Shown here: piece after piece, positions 27,357 to 32,000 of the stretch | Layout: the number at the start of each line of letters is the position of its first letter | Position numbering within the stretch: the stretch's first letter is position 1 | Assembly (NCBI RefSeq): GCF_000092105.1 | Contig: NC_014148.1 | Span: forward strand, 4,350,001-4,382,000 | Length of the DNA: 32,000 nt | Direction: 5' to 3' | Source: Planctopirus limnophila DSM 3776 | GTDB lineage: Bacteria > Planctomycetota > Planctomycetia > Planctomycetales > Planctomycetaceae | Notes under the pieces: model-generated | Seen by the model: the letters and a program-made list of their open reading frames with translations, nothing else | Told to the model about the DNA's origin: nothing | Database searches by the model: none | Position numbers and translations under genes: made by a program

Positions 27357-27623
27357 TCAGTACTCTTCGGCATCTCCGGAGTCGTGTTGGGAATTGGAAT
27401 CTGTCCGTTCCTGAAGTTCGAGAAGGCGGTCTTCGTCGAGATGATCGACAATCTGGTACTTGCCATCCCACCAGCGGGAAAAATCGACGAGCTTGCACCG
27501 TTCGCTGCAAAACGGGAAATACGTATTCACACTGGCTTGTGGAGCCACATGCTGACAAATCGGGCAGGTGGTGGGCCGGATCATGGGACGTTTCCACTGA
27601 GAAACTGGGAACACACTTCTCAT
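27357..27623 (-). CDS. yacG: DNA gyrase inhibitor YacG (zinc-finger protein)
   Basis: The block CPICQHVAPQASVNTYFPFCSERCKLVDFSRWWDGKYQI matches the YacG pattern CPxC...PFCSxRCxxxDLxxW. The likely start is the ATG at 27584 (MIRPTTCPIC...). Confidence 0.75.
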   Translation of the reverse strand: MRSVFPVSQWKRPMIRPTTCPICQHVAPQASVNTYFPFCSERCKLVDFSRWWDGKYQIVDHLDEDRLLELQERTDSNSQHDSGDAEEY

Positions 27624-27761
27624 GCACCAGCGGTTTGCAGGCCCACGAGAAGTATGTTTTCACATCGAACTCATCACGGAGTATATCCAGTGAAAGGCTG
27701 ACTTCCCAATTGTTGACGGAGTGGAATGGTCGTGGGCTCGAAGTTGTCGATGGGGATTTCA

Positions 27762-29159
27762 TCAATCTTCGGCTTTGCCATCGTCGCTCATTTTCACAAT
27801 TTTGGGATCAAAGCGAGCGAGAATCTCGACGAGATCAGACTGTGCCTGCATCACGCTGAGAATGTTCTTGTAAACGCCGGGCACTTCATCAGAACCGGCT
27901 GAAATCACGCGAACGCCCTTCGCTTCGAGTTCTTTGCGAACTTTGGAAAAGTTGAATTGATCGCGGGCTTTGGTGCGGCTCATCACCCGGCCAGCCCCAT
28001 GAGAAGCTGACTCGTAACTTTCAACGACCCCCTTCCCTTTCACGATGAACGCCGGGTCGGCCATGGAGCCGGGAATCACTCCGAGAACACCTTGACCTGC
28101 AGGAGTGGCTCCTTTGCGATGGACAATCAACTCGCGACCAAAATGGACTTCTTTCCAGGCAAAATTGTGGTGGTTTTCCACTCCAGCAATAATCCGTCCA
28201 CCAAGCTTTTTGCTCACCAGACGATGAATCACATCGTGATTCGCAGCAGCGAAATCTCCCATCAGATTCATAGCAGCCCAGTACTCCTGGCCAGCTTCAC
28301 TATCGAGCGACAGCCAGGCCAGGCGGCCAAAATCTTCACAGCCACGCGGCAAACGGGCTTGCGCCATCCGGCTGTAGGTATCGCACACCGCTGCTCCCGG
28401 GCCACGGCTGCCACTGTGGCTCAACAGAGCGGTGTAAGTTCCAGCCTCCAGGCCCAGTTCCGGACTGGCTGCTGCGAGAGTCAATTCGCCGAACTCGACG
28501 AAGTGATTGCCTGAGCCGCTGGTTCCCAGTTGGCGACGGGCTTTGTCTTTATGTTCGCGGGTAATGCGCGTGATGTTCCAGTCGGCATCCAGCACGGCAT
28601 GATCCTGCGGCTTTTCGTGCACAGATCCCACACCAAACCGCGTACCAGCTTCAATCGCATGGCGAAAGCGTTCAAAATTCGTCGCCAATTCCGATGGTGG
28701 AACATCCAGTACGGAAAGCTTCATCCGACAGGCAATATCCACACCCACGGCATAAGGCGCGACGGCATTTTCAAGAGCCAGGACACCTCCAATGGGCAGC
28801 CCGTAACCGACATGAGCATCTGGCATCAGGGCGGCACCGTGAGCCATGGGCAGCAAGCAGGCCGTCCGCATCTGGGCATGTGCAGCCGGGTCGATCTCCT
28901 CACCCCAGGTTTTGTAAGCGGCAGGAACTTCGCGCTTGCTGGTAACAGGTTCGCTGATCAGCAGTTGGGCCAAAGCGCCACAGAACTCGTGTTCGACAAA
29001 AGCTGCGGGATTGGCCACGACTTCGGTCAGCAGAGTTTTGACATTGATTTCGCGGCCGTGTTCGCTGGCCTTGATCTGCTGAATGGTCTGAATGGCAGGG
29101 ACGATCGCATGATCGGGAACACCGATTTTATGCAGTTGAGAAGTGTTCATCTTGATCAT
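27762..29159 (-). CDS. rtcB: RNA 3'-phosphate/5'-OH ligase RtcB
   Basis: RtcB blocks are present: MPDAHVGYGLPIGGV, GVDIACRM, GSGNHFVEFGEL, HSGSRGPG, NHHNFAWKE and SHGAGR. The track ORF extends to 29288, but its first 43 codons (MAWGQTRTFDPSH...) lie in the interspersed repeat. The start is more likely the ATG at 29159 (MIKMNTSQ...) or at 29150. Confidence 0.9.
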   Translation of the reverse strand: MIKMNTSQLHKIGVPDHAIVPAIQTIQQIKASEHGREINVKTLLTEVVANPAAFVEHEFCGALAQLLISEPVTSKREVPAAYKTWGEEIDPAAHAQMRTACLLPMAHGAALMPDAHVGYGLPIGGVLALENAVAPYAVGVDIACRMKLSVLDVPPSELATNFERFRHAIEAGTRFGVGSVHEKPQDHAVLDADWNITRITREHKDKARRQLGTSGSGNHFVEFGELTLAAASPELGLEAGTYTALLSHSGSRGPGAAVCDTYSRMAQARLPRGCEDFGRLAWLSLDSEAGQEYWAAMNLMGDFAAANHDVIHRLVSKKLGGRIIAGVENHHNFAWKEVHFGRELIVHRKGATPAGQGVLGVIPGSMADPAFIVKGKGVVESYESASHGAGRVMSRTKARDQFNFSKVRKELEAKGVRVISAGSDEVPGVYKNILSVMQAQSDLVEILARFDPKIVKMSDDGKAED

Positions 29160-29249
29160 CCGAATTCTGTTGGACTGGCCCTCAGCGGGCATGCTGTCTG
29201 TGACACACAACTTTGCGGGAGGCTGATTGGATTCGTGGCTGAAGACTGT

Positions 29250-29421
29250 GTGACTGGGGTCAAACGTCCTCGTTTGCCCCCAGGCCATTGGACTCTGATG
29301 GTTTTTGACGAACAGCGTGAAACGTCAAGGATTCATGTGTCGGATGCATTTGCGACGGGGAACTCGATTGACCAGGGGGCGGATGAAGACATCCGACCCC
29401 TGCCACCCGGGCAAGAACCGC
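29250..29421. repeat. Copy B of the ~170-bp interspersed element
   Basis: It aligns in the same orientation as copy A (11135-11308). The left hairpin 29254-29283 is identical to copy A at 30/30 positions. The right hairpin 29373-29402 matches at 29/30, and the following ccacccggg is conserved. The centre is about two-thirds identical, with small indels. Confidence 0.85.
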
Positions 29422-29627
29422 CTCTTCCGCTGTCATTTGTGTTTTGAGGTCTCTAAGGTCATACCACCCATGGTTAGGCAAAAAGAAGCGTGAAACAGAC
29501 ACCTCAAGCACGGAATGCTGTGAAGTTGTCGTCGATGTTCCGTTGGTATTGATCCATCAGTCGATAGTAGCCAGCCGATTTGAATTCAGTGGACAGCGCA
29601 AAAGCTGGTGAGGTTCACCAGGTCTTT

Positions 29628-31076
29628 TCATGAGGGAATATTTGTGGTTTCTTCTGTGGAGTGATAGCCACTGAAAATGGAGAGAATCAGTCCCAATGCA
29701 ACGGCAGGAAGGACAATCAGCAGCAGTCGATCGGCATAACTGACAGCCAGATGATGCATGGCCATGCAGACCGCGACGAAGAGGATCGGCACAATCGGGT
29801 AGCCAGGCACTTTGAAGGGACGTTCGCGGTGCGGATCGACTTGCCGGAGGATCAGGACACTCAGACCCGTCAGGCCCAGAAACAGCCAGAAAAGTGGGGC
29901 CGACATGGCGAATAGCGTCGAAAAACCACTGTCAAAGTTGCTCCAGGTGATCGTGGGAAGATAAGCCATTTCAAGGAGTTGATTGAGTGCTTCCTGACCG
30001 GTTTTCGTGCCGAAGAGCAGAATCAGCCCACTGCTGACGATCCCCTGCACAATCAACGAGATATAGGGCGATTGCCGGTGTCGTGAAAGCCAACCCAGCG
30101 GCGCGAGTAGCCGATGTTCCTGACCAACCGCCTGATGGACACGTGCGACGGCCAGAATCAAGCTGTTCAATCCACTGAAGGCGGAGATCGCCACAACGAC
30201 ATGCATGGCCCGGGCGGCGTAATCCCCCAGCATCAGTCGAAAGAGATCACTGGGTGGTGTTTTGGATGCGGCCAAACCAGCGGCCCCCAGCCCTCGTAAA
30301 TAAGCCAGATTGATTAACAGGTAGAGGATTGCTACCAGCCCCAGCCCAATCCACAACGCGCGAGGAATGTTCTTCCCCGGGTGATGAATTTCGGCTGCCA
30401 CAAAGCCCGCATCGTTCCAGCCACCATAGGCGTACATCACCAGCAGCAGGGCGACTCCCAGATTGGGAATCTCACTGATGACGACCGGCTGGCTGAATCC
30501 CGGATCGGCACTGCCGAAACAAAGACCTGCGACAATCAAGGCACTCAGCCCAAGGATTTTGAGCGAGACCAGAATCCATTGCACCAGAGCACCGGCCTGA
30601 ATCCCGATGAGGTTGATCACCGTCAAGAGGGCGACTGCCAGCATGGCACCCCAGGCGACTTGAGAAGCAGCCGGGGTGGTAGCGAGATCCGTTAAGAACA
30701 TTCGATTGGCGAACTCGGAGAAAATCCACGCCAGAGCCCCAATGCTGCCCGTCTGCACGACGGTGAGCTGCAACCAGCCAAACAGAAAACCTGCGACAGG
30801 CCCATAGGCGCGTGTGAGATACCAGTATTCGCCCCCTGTTCGCGGATAAGTGGTGGCCAGCTCGGCATAACAGAAAGCGCCCATCAGTGAGATGAGTGCG
30901 CCGGCAACCCACAGGCCCATCATCATGAGAGGGCTGCCACTCAAAAAGAGAACTGTGGGCGAGGTGAAGTAAATCGCACTGCCAATCACAATCGCCACGA
31001 TGAGATTGACACCATCCGCCAGTGAAAGATGCGTTCGTGAAGGTGTTGTTTCTGGCTCCTGTGTGGTGTGCGTCAC
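29628..31076 (-). CDS. Amino acid permease (APC superfamily)
   Basis: 482-aa ORF that looks like a 12-TM protein. The segment FCYAELATTYPRTGGEYWYL is the classical APC signature region. Confidence 0.8.
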   Translation of the reverse strand: MTHTTQEPETTPSRTHLSLADGVNLIVAIVIGSAIYFTSPTVLFLSGSPLMMMGLWVAGALISLMGAFCYAELATTYPRTGGEYWYLTRAYGPVAGFLFGWLQLTVVQTGSIGALAWIFSEFANRMFLTDLATTPAASQVAWGAMLAVALLTVINLIGIQAGALVQWILVSLKILGLSALIVAGLCFGSADPGFSQPVVISEIPNLGVALLLVMYAYGGWNDAGFVAAEIHHPGKNIPRALWIGLGLVAILYLLINLAYLRGLGAAGLAASKTPPSDLFRLMLGDYAARAMHVVVAISAFSGLNSLILAVARVHQAVGQEHRLLAPLGWLSRHRQSPYISLIVQGIVSSGLILLFGTKTGQEALNQLLEMAYLPTITWSNFDSGFSTLFAMSAPLFWLFLGLTGLSVLILRQVDPHRERPFKVPGYPIVPILFVAVCMAMHHLAVSYADRLLLIVLPAVALGLILSIFSGYHSTEETTNIPS

Positions 31077-31109
31077 TCTGTTCCTTCGCCTGAAGTCTGA
31101 GTTCTCAGA

Positions 31110-31143
31110 TTCGTATCGTTGCAGTCTTCGTATCGTTGCAGTC
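31110..31143. repeat. Perfect 17-bp tandem duplication (ttcgtatcgttgcagtc x2) in the divergent permease / GspE-like promoter region
   Basis: Read directly from the sequence. Units are at 31110-31126 and 31127-31143. Confidence 0.9.
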
Positions 31144-31427
31144 CATCGGCCGCCTCTGAGTTTAGCGTCGTCTCAATCTGAGGAAACCGTCCAGAGGGAC
31201 GACCAATTGCCAGACTTTGCTGGAATTCTGCAGAACATGCTCGCTGAAAACCACATTTCCTGCCACCCGGAAGAAGGGAGGGGTGTTATTGAACGAAGAA
31301 CGAAAAAATTCATTTTGGCAATAATGATGAGTTTTGGAGGGATTGGTAAACAATTTTGATTTCTGCAGAGATCTCTAGAGAGTTGGGCCGTAGTCTTTGC
31401 GTGTGATGCGTTGAACCGTTGCTGGGT

Positions 31428-32000
31428 ATGTGCATGTCGATTTCTCTCCATCCATTAACCAAAAACGATTTGAAGATTGATGGCTCGTTGGCTCGATGTC
31501 AGTTGCCGTGGGAGAACCTGAATCTGCAGGACGCTGACTTTGCTGTGCGGGCCGTCGAACAATTGCTTCGCCTGGCGATTGATGAGCGTGCGAGTGATGT
31601 GCACCTGGTTCCCTCCCCTGCAGGATTGCAGATTGCCTTCCGGCAAGATGGTTTGCTGGAGCCGATGGGGAGCTTTCCACCTGAGGTTTCGCCACTGATC
31701 ATCAATCGCATCAAAGTTCTGGCTCAACTGCTGACTTATCGGACGGATCTGCCTCAGGAAGGCCGCCTCAGGCTTCCCGAGTTTCCGGGGGAATTGCGGG
31801 CGAGTACTTTCCCGACCATTCATGGCGAAAAGGTAGTGGTGCGCCTCTTTATTGGTTCCGGGCAGTATCGAGTGCTGGATGAGCTGGGCTATACACCTCA
31901 GGTGCAACTCGGATTGGAGCAGGCATTATTGCAGACCAGCGGGATGCTGCTGTTGACCGGGCCAGCCGGGAGTGGAAAAACGACGAGCGCTTATGCCTGT
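31428..32000 (+). CDS. Type II secretion / type IV pilus assembly ATPase (GspE/PilB family), N-terminal part; continues beyond the right edge
   Basis: Absent from the ORF track because it has no in-window stop. My translation from the ATG at 31428 (or 31434) reads M(CM)SISLHPLTKNDL...RASDVHLVPSPAGLQIAFRQDGLLEP...IINRIKVLAQLLTYRTDLPQEGRLRL...HGEKVVVRLF...LLLTGPAGSGKTTSAYAC (Walker A). There is an in-frame TGA at 31404-31406 upstream. Confidence 0.8.
   Translation, partial: MCMSISLHPLTKNDLKIDGSLARCQLPWENLNLQDADFAVRAVEQLLRLAIDERASDVHLVPSPAGLQIAFRQDGLLEPMGSFPPEVSPLIINRIKVLAQLLTYRTDLPQEGRLRLPEFPGELRASTFPTIHGEKVVVRLFIGSGQYRVLDELGYTPQVQLGLEQALLQTSGMLLLTGPAGSGKTTSAYAC

Noticed and set aside
29160-29288. 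43-codon N-terminal extension of rtcB given by the ORF track
   Set aside because: The extension is encoded by the interspersed repeat. The same MxWGQTRTFDPSH string occurs at the non-genic copy A. Recognisable RtcB sequence begins after the ATG at 29159/29150.
29250-29421. Y-RNA/YrlA-like or tRNA-like RNA next to rtcB, as in rsr-yrlA-rtcB loci
   Set aside because: There is no rsr (Ro60) gene in the window and no tRNA-like T-arm or acceptor features that I could fold. An equivalent copy lies 18 kb away, unrelated to rtcB, so a repeat-element explanation fits better.

Overview
About 32 kb of what looks like a Planctomycetota chromosome. That assignment is inference only, from gene content and protein style: a giant Ser/Thr kinase with low-complexity linkers, hopanoid hpnH, a Tat-signal chlorite-dismutase-like protein and secreted orphans. 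Coding is dense, with about 24 protein genes, mostly housekeeping.

Gene order is hpnH (partial, left edge), moeA, rseP, dxr, an ion-transporter-superfamily permease, a TerC-family protein, a REC-Hpt response regulator, a 1183-aa Ser/Thr kinase, a small orphan, a metallophosphoesterase and a PIN-PhoH ATPase. These are followed by two low-GC orphans, a Tat-Cld-like protein, a macro-domain protein, a decayed 1.8-kb insertion, an HD-domain protein and a GT-C-like membrane glycosyltransferase. The window ends with lipA, lipB, yacG, rtcB, an APC permease and a GspE/PilB-type ATPase (partial, right edge).

The two edge genes are missing from the supplied ORF track because they have no in-window stop; I translated them by hand. 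I recognise no rRNA, tRNA, CRISPR array, transposase or integrase gene.

I do not see a convincing new multi-gene system (defence, secretion or biosynthetic). The best candidates for something undescribed are non-coding or structural:
- A ~170-bp interspersed element, present twice 18 kb apart. It is built from two inverted REP-like palindromes (GTGG plus a 13-bp imperfect hairpin) whose differences are fully compensatory.
- A low-GC segment bracketed by 91-bp direct repeats of the macro gene 3' end. It contains only decayed genes: a frameshift at a homopolymer and a WD40 remnant.
- Several short tandem or phased repeats in intergenic DNA, and one inside the kinase gene.

Product calls rest on motifs I recognise in the translations. 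No database search was possible.
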